63,683 nucleotides of DNA from Nitrospinales bacterium (GTDB lineage Bacteria > Nitrospinota > Nitrospinia > Nitrospinales > JAJDAT01). Location: the NCBI GenBank assembly GCA_046757665.1, contig JBHHYO010000009.1:1-63683 (forward strand). The letters run 5' to 3'. A program made the translations under genes and the position numbers. Of the stretch, positions 9,537 through 19,519 are shown in pieces. Under the pieces are notes generated by a model. It was not told the DNA's origin, searched no databases, and saw only the letters and a list, made by a program, of their open reading frames with translations. The first letter of the stretch is position 1. The number at the start of each line of letters is the position of its first letter.

Positions 9537-10163
9537 TCAACGTCCGAAGATCGACCGGTCCTTGACTTTGCGAACTTCCTTTTCCTCGCTCCAGTCCAGC
9601 GTGCCTTGCTCCAGGTCCATGAGGTTGAGGGTCATTTTATAATAAACGTCCTTGCCGGCTTTATCGACATTGGCAATGCTGATAATTTCTCCGAACAGAT
9701 GGTATTTGGGACCCTTCAATCTGCCGGGGCGCAGTTTGGCCTTGTCGTCCATGAGCGCGCCCTTGCCCGAGGGGTCCATTTGCTGTTCGAATTCCTTGAA
9801 CATGTCCTGCTCGGCGTGGGCCTCCTGTTTGTCGGCGACAAATTTTACTTTGTGGCTCTTGATCAGGGTGGTGCGCACCTTGTCGGTGATGGCCTTGGTG
9901 TCGATATGTTCGGATGTTTTGTTTTTAACCTCGGTGATGCGGATGATCGGCTTTTCGGCGGGATCAAAAATGTCGGCGGCGAGCAAGGATTCGGCCATTT
10001 TCTGGGCGATCATTTGCAGGTCGTTGGGGTTGAAAGCCAGTTGCGGGTTGGCCCGGACGCGAGTCGGTTCCACATACTGGGCCTTGGCGGCGCACCCGGC
10101 AGTGGCCAGAACCAGCACAACCCATACCAGGCGGCGGAATTTTAAATCGAGGCGATGTGTCAT
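9537..10163 (-). CDS. LpoB-like lipoprotein (PBP activator family)
   Basis: Lipobox LATAGC; DLQMIAQKMAESL, VKNKTSEHID, YYKMTLNLMDLEQGTLDWSEEK. Confidence 0.8.
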   Translation of the reverse strand: MTHRLDLKFRRLVWVVLVLATAGCAAKAQYVEPTRVRANPQLAFNPNDLQMIAQKMAESLLAADIFDPAEKPIIRITEVKNKTSEHIDTKAITDKVRTTLIKSHKVKFVADKQEAHAEQDMFKEFEQQMDPSGKGALMDDKAKLRPGRLKGPKYHLFGEIISIANVDKAGKDVYYKMTLNLMDLEQGTLDWSEEKEVRKVKDRSIFGR

Positions 10164-10215
10164 AAAAATTGTCTCCTTCCTGCTTTCGTGTGTTGATGAC
10201 TCCTTGGGACGTTGT

Positions 10216-11682
10216 TCAAAAATCTTTATGGAAAATGCGGGCCGAGTTGTCCCAGGCTCTGACAAAAACGACGGTTTCCTTTTTCGGGTCACGGGCCACC
10301 TCGCCGCGGAAAATTTCCACTGAGCCGCGGCGTTGGATGCTTATCGTGACGCCGGACTTCTCAATATGCCCGGAGTAGAAAAATACTTTGTCCGGAAGAA
10401 GGGTCCAGGTCCGGAGGTCGGCGTTTTCCACGACCAGGTTCATAACCGATCCCAGAAAGGAGCCCAGGTCGCCCATGTTCTCCCGCAGTTTGTAATCCTT
10501 GATCGACTGGACGATCAGGCGGCTCATGGTCTTCATGGCGATGAGAGGCAGTTTTTCGTCGTAATCCTTCAAGGCCAGGGCGCTGACGCGGGAGAGCAGT
10601 GGCGCGGAGTCGATACGGTTACCGTCGGCATCGAGCACGTCCACGCGGGTTACCGCCGAGGGGTGAAGAACCGGTTTGCCGTATGACACCTTGTTGAGCG
10701 CTCCCGTCCATGGGTTGAGCAGAACTATGGACTGTTTCTGTTTTTCCGGGGCGTAACCCGCAAAGACGAACAAATAAAAATTGTCCCTGGCCACGCGGGA
10801 CTGCCCGTTTTCGATGGCTTCCAGGCGAATTTTGTCCTGCCGGACAAAGGGGTTGTCGGAAATTTCGACCGCCCGCCTCAAGGGGGGCAGGGAATTGCCC
10901 AACTCGCCGTTCAAGCCGTAAACCACCGAGGACAGGACCTCGGTGAAAGCGTTTTCGTAAGAACTGCGAAGGTGTTGTATCATCTTCCTGTCGCGGGAGG
11001 GCAGTTGGCCTTCGGCTATCATGGTATCGGGACTGAAAGCGTCTCTTAAGTCGACGGCGTTCCGGCGGCGCCTGGGTGCGTTTTCCACTCTTTGGATGGC
11101 CCGGTCATAAGAAGCTCTGGCCTTGGCCAATTCTTCTCCGGACCGTTCCTTGATCAATTTTTGTCTTATATATGCCCGTTCGATTTCCACGCGGGCGGCG
11201 GCCGGGTCGCCCTGCATCAGGTAATTCATCGCCTTCAAGCTGTGCAGAAACACTTTTTCATAGTTGGCGAACTGGTAGTCTCCCATGCCCTCGGAAAGGG
11301 AAGCTTCGCCGATTTGAGTGGAGATCGCCGACAAACTGACGATCGCCCGCTCCTCCTGAATATTATAAATCCGGTAGGCCTCTTCAAGCACCTCATTACT
11401 TTTTTTAAATTCGCCCTGGTAGCCGTAAGCGGCGCCTAGCTCCAGAAGCTCCACGGGATCGACATGGCTTTTAAATTTTCTCGACCCGGCCGATGCCGAG
11501 GTGTAAACCTTTTTTTCCAGTTCCCGAAGATAGCTGTTCTGGCCCGACGTTCCGGCTGTCGCACCGGCAAATCCGGCCTTAACACGGTGCATCTGGGCCG
11601 TATGTTGCGAGGCCGCGCACGCGCACATAAAGAGTGCCAGGAGCAGAGTCGGAACCGTTTTTGAGCAAACACTGCAAGGCAT
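10216..11682 (-). CDS. COG3014-like TPR lipoprotein
   Basis: Lipobox-like FMCAC; YEKVFLH..KAMNYL, AARVEIERA, ADLRTWTLLP. Confidence 0.75.
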   Translation of the reverse strand: MPCSVCSKTVPTLLLALFMCACAASQHTAQMHRVKAGFAGATAGTSGQNSYLRELEKKVYTSASAGSRKFKSHVDPVELLELGAAYGYQGEFKKSNEVLEEAYRIYNIQEERAIVSLSAISTQIGEASLSEGMGDYQFANYEKVFLHSLKAMNYLMQGDPAAARVEIERAYIRQKLIKERSGEELAKARASYDRAIQRVENAPRRRRNAVDLRDAFSPDTMIAEGQLPSRDRKMIQHLRSSYENAFTEVLSSVVYGLNGELGNSLPPLRRAVEISDNPFVRQDKIRLEAIENGQSRVARDNFYLFVFAGYAPEKQKQSIVLLNPWTGALNKVSYGKPVLHPSAVTRVDVLDADGNRIDSAPLLSRVSALALKDYDEKLPLIAMKTMSRLIVQSIKDYKLRENMGDLGSFLGSVMNLVVENADLRTWTLLPDKVFFYSGHIEKSGVTISIQRRGSVEIFRGEVARDPKKETVVFVRAWDNSARIFHKDF

Positions 11683-11776
11683 ATTGGAGCTCCAAAATCA
11701 AGCCGGTTGCGGGGTTGCACGATTATTATGCCACACAAAAGCCGGTTGCCTTACGGCAAAAACGGTTGCCTGTTTT

Positions 11777-12730
11777 TCAGGATTCTTGTCCGGGGTCTTG
11801 ACGTTGTTTCCGGAATGCCAGGTCGGAGAGCTTGCTCACGCCCCGGTTACGGCAATGGAGTTGCAGGCCCTCAATGATTTTTATCGTGACGGTGGGGTCA
11901 AGGAAGTTGGCGGTGCCGACCTGCACGGCCCCGGCCCCCGCCATCAGAAACTCCAGGGCATCCCGGGTGGACGCAATGCCCCCGATGCCGATGACGGGAA
12001 TTTTTACCGCGCGGACGGTTTCGTAAACCATGCGCAAGGCGATGGGTTTGATCGCCGGGCCGGACAACCCGCCGGTAAGGTTCCCCAGGCTCGGTTTGCC
12101 GGTTTCCGGATCGAAGGCCATGCCGGTGAGGGTGTTGATCAGCGAAATGGCGTCGGCTCCCTCGTCTTCGGCGGCGCGGGCGGTTTCCGCAATATTGGCG
12201 ACGTTGGGCGACAGTTTGACGATCAGAAATTTTTTCGCCGCGCCGCGGACCGCGCCCACTACTTGCCGAACAATCTCCGGGTCGCTACTGAAGTATGTGC
12301 CGCCACTGGATACGTTGGGACAAGAGATATTCATTTCCAGCGCGTCGACACGCTCCAGCGCCGACAAGGCCCGGGCCATCTCCGCGTATTCGTCCACGGT
12401 GTCGCCGAAGAAATTGACGATGAGCCGGGTGCTGTAACGCTCAAGCCGGGGTAGTTTTTCCCGGACAAATTGATCCAGGCCGATGTTTTCCAGGCCGATG
12501 GCATTCAGCATTCCGGAGGCGGTTTCCACCATTCGGGGCACGGGGTTGCCGATTCGCGGCTTCAATGACAGTCCTTTTGTGCAAAAGCCTCCCAGCCGGT
12601 TCAGGTCAAGGAAATCGGCGAACTCCAAACCGTAACCGAATGTTCCCGAGGCGGCGATAACGGGATTGCTCAGCGCCAGCTTTCCCAAATTTAATGAAAG
12701 ATCAATGTCGAAGTTTTCGTTGCGTTCCAT
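11777..12730 (-). CDS. pyrD: Dihydroorotate dehydrogenase, class 1B catalytic subunit
   Basis: ASGTFGYG, MLNAIGLEN, NISCPNV, VKLSPN, GGLSGPAIKP, VQVGTANF. Confidence 0.95.
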   Translation of the reverse strand: MERNENFDIDLSLNLGKLALSNPVIAASGTFGYGLEFADFLDLNRLGGFCTKGLSLKPRIGNPVPRMVETASGMLNAIGLENIGLDQFVREKLPRLERYSTRLIVNFFGDTVDEYAEMARALSALERVDALEMNISCPNVSSGGTYFSSDPEIVRQVVGAVRGAAKKFLIVKLSPNVANIAETARAAEDEGADAISLINTLTGMAFDPETGKPSLGNLTGGLSGPAIKPIALRMVYETVRAVKIPVIGIGGIASTRDALEFLMAGAGAVQVGTANFLDPTVTIKIIEGLQLHCRNRGVSKLSDLAFRKQRQDPGQES

Positions 12731-12798
12731 TATGATGTATTCACCAAAAAATTGCCCGTGCCGGCGTTTTGTCAAGCGCCGTTTCCCTGGCGTTGCTC

Positions 12799-12827
12799 TT
12801 GACACTCGTAGAGTGGGCCGATATACT
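12799..12827 (+). promoter_or_regulatory. Sigma70-like promoter upstream of the SPOR gene
   Basis: TTGACA-N17-TATACT. Confidence 0.65.
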
Positions 12828-13012
12828 GCTTCTCGGTTTGGTTGTGTTCATGACTGAAAATTCAACATCGGCGATTTAGACTTCCGCAATTGTAACACTC
12901 CTTTTTATTCTCATCCCTCTTGGTTCTGAAACCACCCGGTATCCGCGGAAGATTTGACATCCGGTCCGACAGTCAATCATAAACCATTTTTTGACCGCTG
13001 GCCAAATCAGAC

Positions 13013-14062
13013 ATGACAACCGATTACCCCGAAGAAATCAATCGATACAACAAGCGGGTCGAGGATTTGATCGACGACGCTGAAATCGAAGCGGAGCTTG
13101 AGGCGGAGCACAAAATAAGGTCCAAGAATACCCGGCTGTTTTTGATTTCCCTGGTCGGGGCAGGCCTGTTGATCTTTATTTATTTGGGAGTCAACATGCC
13201 GTTTGAGGACCAAGCGCCCCCCGTGCCGGAAAAACCGCAAGTGGCCCGGAATCCGGCTCAACCCAAGCCGATTCCTTTTCCTCTGAACTCGCCTCAGCAG
13301 GCGGCTTCGAGCCCGGCCACTCAAAAGACGATTGGCGTCCCTCCCGAAAAAAGTCTCTTTCAACCGCCGGCAACCGGAAAGAATATCTCCGCCGCAAAAA
13401 GCAATAAGGCGGCAAAAAAACCGGTCAAGGCAAGGCAGACCAACCTCACGTCGGTCTCCAAGCCTGTTGTTGCGATAAAGAAGCCCTCCAAAGCGAAAGT
13501 TAAAACATCGGTCAAAAGAGTTGCGGTCAAGGCACCTCCTCTACCTTTTGCAAAAACCGACAGCAATCCGAAAGTCCAAAAACAGAGCCCGCCCTTGCCT
13601 CAAAAAGGTTATTGGGTGCAAGCGGGAGTCTTTTCCGTCAAAACCAACGCCGACAAATTCGTGAGCACGCTGAAAGCCAAAGGCCTGAATCCAGCCATTT
13701 ACTCCCGTCCCACCCAGCGGTTGATGAATGTGGTTTTTGTCGGATCCTATAAGAATAAAAACAGCGCCAGGGAATCTTACGAAGAATTACAACAAGCCGG
13801 CTTCGACCCGGTACTGAAAAAAAACGACGACAATAGTTATACGTTTGTCCTGGGAAAATTCAAAACCAAAAATGAAGCCAATTTGTTGCGGGATCGGTTG
13901 AGCCTGAAAGGTTTTCTGTCCGGCGTGAAAAAATCAAAAGTGCAGGACACCAACTATGTGGTTCAGCTTGGCGCTTTCCGAACCAGGGAAGAGGCGCGTT
14001 CCATCCGGGACAAAATGGAACAACTCGGTTACAAAAAAACGTTCATCAAAACCGTTGGTTGA
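13013..14062 (+). CDS. Membrane-anchored SPOR-domain protein (FtsN/DedD-like)
   Basis: Short N-terminus, one TM helix, Pro/Lys-rich linker, four SPOR half-repeats (YWVQAGVF...YVVQLGAF). Confidence 0.85.
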   Translation: MTTDYPEEINRYNKRVEDLIDDAEIEAELEAEHKIRSKNTRLFLISLVGAGLLIFIYLGVNMPFEDQAPPVPEKPQVARNPAQPKPIPFPLNSPQQAASSPATQKTIGVPPEKSLFQPPATGKNISAAKSNKAAKKPVKARQTNLTSVSKPVVAIKKPSKAKVKTSVKRVAVKAPPLPFAKTDSNPKVQKQSPPLPQKGYWVQAGVFSVKTNADKFVSTLKAKGLNPAIYSRPTQRLMNVVFVGSYKNKNSARESYEELQQAGFDPVLKKNDDNSYTFVLGKFKTKNEANLLRDRLSLKGFLSGVKKSKVQDTNYVVQLGAFRTREEARSIRDKMEQLGYKKTFIKTVG

Positions 14063-14238
14063 CTGCTTGATGATGCCCTCGCTTCCGGTGGCTTCTCCGG
14101 GATCGCTTGCTTTTCTGAATCGAGTGCACTGCCGTTCTCCTTCAAGATTCAAAAAAGCGGTACCAAAATCTTCCCTTTCCTCTTATCATATTCCTGATTC
14201 ATATCCTCTCTTCTTCAGTTCCTTTTTATAGGTTAACA

Positions 14239-16224
14239 GTGCGGGAATTCGGTCTCATTCAAGATTTGCTCATTCTCCTGCTGGTTTCCCTTCCGATCAA
14301 TATTGCATTTCACAAAGTCAAATTGCCTTCGGTGATGGGGTTCCTGATCGCCGGCATCCTTATTGGTCCTAACGGACTGCGGTGGATCGGTGATCCCCAT
14401 TCCGTGGAGGCGCTGGCGGAAATCGGCGTTGTGTTGCTCCTGTTTGTCATCGGACTGGAGTTTTCACTGCGCCATATACTGCAGAACCTTGCATCGGTTG
14501 TCGGTTGCGGTGCTCTGCAAATGCTGTTTACCAGTGTAGTTATTTTTCTTGTTTTCGAGGGCATGGGGTTTCCCCGCTCCCAGGGAATTTTGATCGGCCT
14601 GCTGGCGGCGCTCAGTAGCACGGCCATCGTCTTGAAGCTGATTACCGACCTGGCGGAAATCGACACCCTGCACGGGAAAATCTGTATTGGCGCCTTGCTC
14701 TTTCAGGACCTTTGTGTTGTCCCGATCATGCTCATTATTCCCCTCCTGGGCCAAACCACCGGATTGTCTCCGGTGGATTTGAGTTTGGCTTTGTTGAAAT
14801 CTCTCGCGGCAGTTGTTGCCATTTTCTTTTTTTCCCGCCTGGCGGTTCCCAGAACCCTGGAGTTTATAGCCCGGATGGGGAGCAAGGAACACCTGACTCT
14901 TTTTGTCATTTTGCTTATCCTCGGAACAGGCTGGCTGTCCCATGCCGCGGGTTTATCCCTGGCCATGGGCGCATTCATCGCCGGACTGATTCTTTCCGAT
15001 TCCGAGTACAACCATCAAATCATTTTGGACATCCTTCCCTTGAAGGATTACTTCGGCAGTATTTTCTTTATTTCCGTGGGGATGCTGTTGCAAACCCGCA
15101 TCTTTTTGGATTCGATTTTTAATTATCTGGGGCTGGCGGTGGCGGTGATCGTGGTCAAAGCCATTCTCACCCTTCTCGCCTGCCTGTTGACAAAAAGCTC
15201 CTTGCGGATTGCCTTTGTCGTAGGGATCAGGCTCGCGCAGGTCGGAGAGTTCTCGTTATTGCTGGCCGGCCTGGCCCTGGGCAAAGGTTTATTCTCGGAG
15301 GAGTTGTACCAGTCGTTTTTAATCGTTTCCATTCTTTCCATGCTGGCGGCCCCGATTTTGATCCAAATGTCCTCGAACATTTCAATCAAGTTGTGGTCCC
15401 GTTTCGGCACAGCGCCGGAAATCGAGGATGCCGGCCGTGAAAAAGAAGGCCGGACCGGACACGTGATCATAGCCGGATACGGCCTTGTGGGGCGCAACCT
15501 GGCGCGTGTGCTCAATGAAACCCATATCCCCTTTTTGGTGCTTGAATTGAATGGTGAAAGAATCAAGCGAGCTTTGGTGCAGAAAATGCCAGCACATTAT
15601 GGCGACGCCACGCACCGCGAAACCTTGTTGCACGCCGGAATCCAGCAAGCCCGGATGATCGTTTTTTCCATTTCCGACCATACGGCCGCCGAGCAGGGGA
15701 TCAAGCTGGCCCGGGAACTCAATCCCAAGATTTACATTCTGACCCGAACCCGGTTTGCCAGTCAGGTGGAGGAATTGAACGCCGCCGGCGCGGACCAGGT
15801 CATCCCCGAAGAATTTGAAACTTCCATCGAGATATTTTCCCGGGTGTTGAAAGAGTTTCATGTCCCGCAAAACATCATCGAACAACAAGTGGAACTTGCG
15901 AGACTGGAAGGCTACAGTATGTTTCGCGGTCTCTCGTTGAACATGGAGCGGTTAAGAAAATTTTCCGTCTATCTCGCGGCCAGCCTGACCGAGTCTTTTT
16001 ATGTCCTCGAAAATTCCTGGTCCAACGACAAGACCCTTCGGGACCTTGAATTAATCATCCGGGAACAGGCTCGGTTGATTGCCGTCATCCGCCACGATGA
16101 GCTTCACGCCAACCCGGACGGCGGTTTTCGTCTCCAGGAGGGCGACATTGTTATTCTCTTCGGACGCCACGCCCAGTTGGCCCAGGCCGTGAAAATCATG
16201 CAAGATGGCCCGACCGCATCTTGA
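14239..16224 (+). CDS. CPA2-family cation:proton antiporter (Kef-type) with TrkA-N and TrkA-C domains
   Basis: AEIGVVLLLFVIGLEFS, LSSTAIV, LFQDL, AQVGEFS, GYGLVG, YGDAT. Confidence 0.92.
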   Translation: MREFGLIQDLLILLLVSLPINIAFHKVKLPSVMGFLIAGILIGPNGLRWIGDPHSVEALAEIGVVLLLFVIGLEFSLRHILQNLASVVGCGALQMLFTSVVIFLVFEGMGFPRSQGILIGLLAALSSTAIVLKLITDLAEIDTLHGKICIGALLFQDLCVVPIMLIIPLLGQTTGLSPVDLSLALLKSLAAVVAIFFFSRLAVPRTLEFIARMGSKEHLTLFVILLILGTGWLSHAAGLSLAMGAFIAGLILSDSEYNHQIILDILPLKDYFGSIFFISVGMLLQTRIFLDSIFNYLGLAVAVIVVKAILTLLACLLTKSSLRIAFVVGIRLAQVGEFSLLLAGLALGKGLFSEELYQSFLIVSILSMLAAPILIQMSSNISIKLWSRFGTAPEIEDAGREKEGRTGHVIIAGYGLVGRNLARVLNETHIPFLVLELNGERIKRALVQKMPAHYGDATHRETLLHAGIQQARMIVFSISDHTAAEQGIKLARELNPKIYILTRTRFASQVEELNAAGADQVIPEEFETSIEIFSRVLKEFHVPQNIIEQQVELARLEGYSMFRGLSLNMERLRKFSVYLAASLTESFYVLENSWSNDKTLRDLELIIREQARLIAVIRHDELHANPDGGFRLQEGDIVILFGRHAQLAQAVKIMQDGPTAS

Positions 16225-16335
16225 GTTGTCTTAACTCAGGTCGCAGTGCCGACAGCCGCCGGGGTTTGCTCTTTAAACCTTTAAGTCAGGGCGGAATTCC
16301 TTTATATTCGTGCGATTGACGATTTAGGAGCGTGA

Positions 16336-17277
16336 ATGGAAATCGATTTGTTGCTCATCATATCCGGTGTAGCTCTGCTTTTCCTGGGCGGCGAAATTCT
16401 CGTAACCGGAAGCGTGCGCATTGCACAAAGATTCCAGGTCAGCACATTTGTAATCGGCGCGACGGTGATAGGGTTTGGAACCTCTTCGCCCGAGTTGGCG
16501 GTGAGCATCTCCGCGACCCTCAAGGACGCGCCGGAAATGGCGCTGGGCAACGCCATTGGAAGCAATATCGCCAACGTGTGTCTGGTCCTGGGGGCCACCG
16601 CTTTGCTGACCCCCCTGTTTATTGCGAAACTTCGCTTTAAGCAGGAAACCCCTTCTCTGCTGTTTGTCACCTTTTTGATTTTATACATGGCCTGGGACTT
16701 CTATCTGAGTTTCAATGAAGGTCTCGTGTTGCTGTTCCTCCTGGCCGCCTATCTCTGGATGGCGTTCAGAAAAAGAGAAGAGACGGAGATGGAAATCGAG
16801 GAAACAGGGAAATACTTTGCTCAAAGCGGCATGGGCGTTCAGGTTCTTCTCATCGTAGCGGGATTAGGCCTGCTGGTTACCGGCGCCAACTGGCTGGTCC
16901 AGGGTAGCATCGGTGTTGCCCGGCTTTTTGGCGTCAGCGAATGGTTGATCGGCATAACCATTGTCGCTGTCGGAACGAGCCTGCCCGAAATCGTCGCTTC
17001 GATGATTGCCGCCCGCCGAGGGCACAGCGAAATGGCCATCGGCAACATTTATGGAAGCAACATCTTTAATATTTTAATGGTCCTCGGCGCCACCGCCGTC
17101 GTTCATCCCCTTCAAATCAAGGAATCCATCCATCCCGACCTCATGATCAGCACCGGCCTGACGTGTCTGTTCCTGATTTTTCTACGGATCGGCCACGGAC
17201 TTTCCAAGTGGGATGGCGGTTTACTGCTGATTTGCTACACCGCCTATATCGGCGTGAAAGCCGTGGGGATCATCTGA
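16336..17277 (+). CDS. Calcium/sodium antiporter (YrbG/CaCA family)
   Basis: Two alpha repeats: GTSSPEL...GNAIGSN and GTSLPEI...GNIYGSN. Confidence 0.93.
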   Translation: MEIDLLLIISGVALLFLGGEILVTGSVRIAQRFQVSTFVIGATVIGFGTSSPELAVSISATLKDAPEMALGNAIGSNIANVCLVLGATALLTPLFIAKLRFKQETPSLLFVTFLILYMAWDFYLSFNEGLVLLFLLAAYLWMAFRKREETEMEIEETGKYFAQSGMGVQVLLIVAGLGLLVTGANWLVQGSIGVARLFGVSEWLIGITIVAVGTSLPEIVASMIAARRGHSEMAIGNIYGSNIFNILMVLGATAVVHPLQIKESIHPDLMISTGLTCLFLIFLRIGHGLSKWDGGLLLICYTAYIGVKAVGII

Positions 17278-19261
17278 CGGCGGCCGCAAGGGGTTTGGGC
17301 GGCCTGACGTTACGAAATTTCCACAATTGTTTTTTGTAATAGGGTTTGTCCGGAGCGAGCTCGATCGCGGTGCGAATGTTGTTGATGGCAAGCTTCGTCT
17401 CGCCCTTGACATAATAAATTTCCGAAAGCGTGTCTATATATTCCGGCTTGCTGGGGTGGGCCGCCAGGGTTTTGTTGGAAAGCAACATGGCCTCATCCAG
17501 ATGCACTCTTTTTTTGGCGTACAGCCAGGCCAGGCGGTTCATGGCGTTAAAAAAATCGTCACGCGATTGTATCGCCTTTTTGCAATGGCCGATGGCGATG
17601 GTGTAGTAACCTTTCTTGCTGAAAGCCCGGCACAGCTTGTAAAAAACCTGGCCGTTTTGCGGCTCGATTTTGGACGCGGCGGTGAGCACCTTGATGGCGG
17701 AGTCCAGTTTGCCGTCATCGATCAGGGCCGTTGCCAGGGACACATGGCGCCGGACATTTCGCGGCTGGGCCGGCAATGCTTTTTGGAATTCCTCGGCGGC
17801 CCGTCCGGGTATTCCCTTGGCCAGCAGAACCTTCCCCAGCTCAAAATGAACGTCCGGGTTGCGGTAGTTTAACCGGACCGCGTTTTTCAGGGCCGACAGC
17901 GCCTCGTCCCATTTTTTTTCGGCGGCGGATAGCCGGCCAAGGTAAAAAAAGGTCTCGCCGTTTTTCGGGTTCAGGTTCATAGCTTGTTCGAACGCCTTCC
18001 TCGCGTCTTGCGGTTTCCCCTTGTCCAAGTGAATCTTCCCCAGTTGCAAATGAACATGGGCGTTCTTCGGTTCCAGCGCCCCGGCGGCCTGATAATGCTT
18101 TAACGACTCATCCAGCGCCCCCTTCTGAAAATACCAGTCCGCCAGGCGAATCCGGGCCGGAAAGTTTCGCGGAAACAGTTTGACTACGGTCTTGAATTCC
18201 CTGGCGGCTTCTTCTCCCCGCCGCGTTTTGAGAAGCAGGTTTCCCAGGGAGAGATGAAGCTCCGGGTCCCCTTTCTTCAAGCGAATGGCTTCCCGGATTT
18301 CCTTGATGGCGCGAGTCAGTTCCCCCTTCTCGGCGTACAGGTCGCTGAGCGCTTTGTGGGATGCGTAAAAACCGGGATTCAACTTGATGGCCATGGCAAG
18401 GTTGGCGACGGCCTTTTCCGGAGCGTTTTCTTTAAGTTGAACGATCCCCAGGCCGTAAAACGCCTGCGAGTTGGTCGGGTCGATATCGATAACCATTTGA
18501 TACGTATCCCTGGCCTTCTTCAACTGCCCCATGGCGTCCAGCGTTTTTGCCAGCTTGAGGTGGTAGCCACTTTCCGAAGGATTCAACTCGATCGACTTTT
18601 GAAACTGCTCGGATGCCTTGGCAAACTGGTTTTCTCTGAGATAAACCTCCCCCAGGCCGGCATGGCCTTGCGCGCTGTTTTCGGAGGTTGCGAGCGCTTT
18701 TTTAAACTCCGCCTTCGCGGCGGCAAACTTGTTTTCCTCAAGCAAGGCATATCCTCTGGATAGGGAGGGGTCCGGCGTGTCGGTGGACAATTTCGGATAA
18801 AGAAGGCCGACCCCAAGCGCCGCCAGAACAATAACGCCAACCACCGACTTGACGGGGAATCCGCTCTGCTCCAGGGAAGAGGCGGTTCTTTTCCGTTGCG
18901 CTGATCCGGAGGGATGGACGGCGCTCTTTTTCTCCAGCGGCCGGACGGGGGCATCGACCATTTTACACTTCCCCTCAAAACTGGACCCCTCGTCAATCAC
19001 CAGATGGAAAGTCGAAATGTCTCCGATCAAATGGCTTTCGCTGGCCAGGGTGATCTTGTTTTTCGCATGAATATTGCCGCGGATTTCACCCATGTTGGTG
19101 ACATCGTAAGTTTTGATGTCGCCGAGAACCTTGCCTCCCTTGTTGACGATAAAATGGTCCGCGGAAAAAACTTCTCCCTCCAGCTCGGCTCCAAAATGGA
19201 TAACCCCCTTGACCCACAAAGTGCCTACCAGCTTGACGCCCTGTTCAAAATAGGAATCCAT
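17270..19261 (-). CDS. Bactofilin domain-TM-TPR fusion protein
   Basis: First ~100 aa show the bactofilin beta-helix pattern ending IDEGSSFEGKCKM, followed by a TM segment (VVGVIVLAALGVGLLY) and ~13-14 TPR units. Confidence 0.8.
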   Translation of the reverse strand: MDSYFEQGVKLVGTLWVKGVIHFGAELEGEVFSADHFIVNKGGKVLGDIKTYDVTNMGEIRGNIHAKNKITLASESHLIGDISTFHLVIDEGSSFEGKCKMVDAPVRPLEKKSAVHPSGSAQRKRTASSLEQSGFPVKSVVGVIVLAALGVGLLYPKLSTDTPDPSLSRGYALLEENKFAAAKAEFKKALATSENSAQGHAGLGEVYLRENQFAKASEQFQKSIELNPSESGYHLKLAKTLDAMGQLKKARDTYQMVIDIDPTNSQAFYGLGIVQLKENAPEKAVANLAMAIKLNPGFYASHKALSDLYAEKGELTRAIKEIREAIRLKKGDPELHLSLGNLLLKTRRGEEAAREFKTVVKLFPRNFPARIRLADWYFQKGALDESLKHYQAAGALEPKNAHVHLQLGKIHLDKGKPQDARKAFEQAMNLNPKNGETFFYLGRLSAAEKKWDEALSALKNAVRLNYRNPDVHFELGKVLLAKGIPGRAAEEFQKALPAQPRNVRRHVSLATALIDDGKLDSAIKVLTAASKIEPQNGQVFYKLCRAFSKKGYYTIAIGHCKKAIQSRDDFFNAMNRLAWLYAKKRVHLDEAMLLSNKTLAAHPSKPEYIDTLSEIYYVKGETKLAINNIRTAIELAPDKPYYKKQLWKFRNVRPPKPLAAAVR

Positions 19262-19519
19262 AATGTTTCTCGGAGGCCCCCTTAACTTTCAAAGAGTTTC
19301 ATACTAGCAAAATTGTCCGGACCGCACAACTTGGGCGGCCGGGGCTTTCCCCGTCTTGACGGGGAAATGACGGCGAGCGGAAGGGACGTCGTCTGCCGGC
19401 GTGGCGGCGATTTTTCCGCGAACCATTGATAAATCATTCGAGACTTGGTATTTTAGCATCCACGATCACATCTGCTGTCACCCATCTCTCTGACATTGCA
19501 AAATCATTTGGAGTCACCC

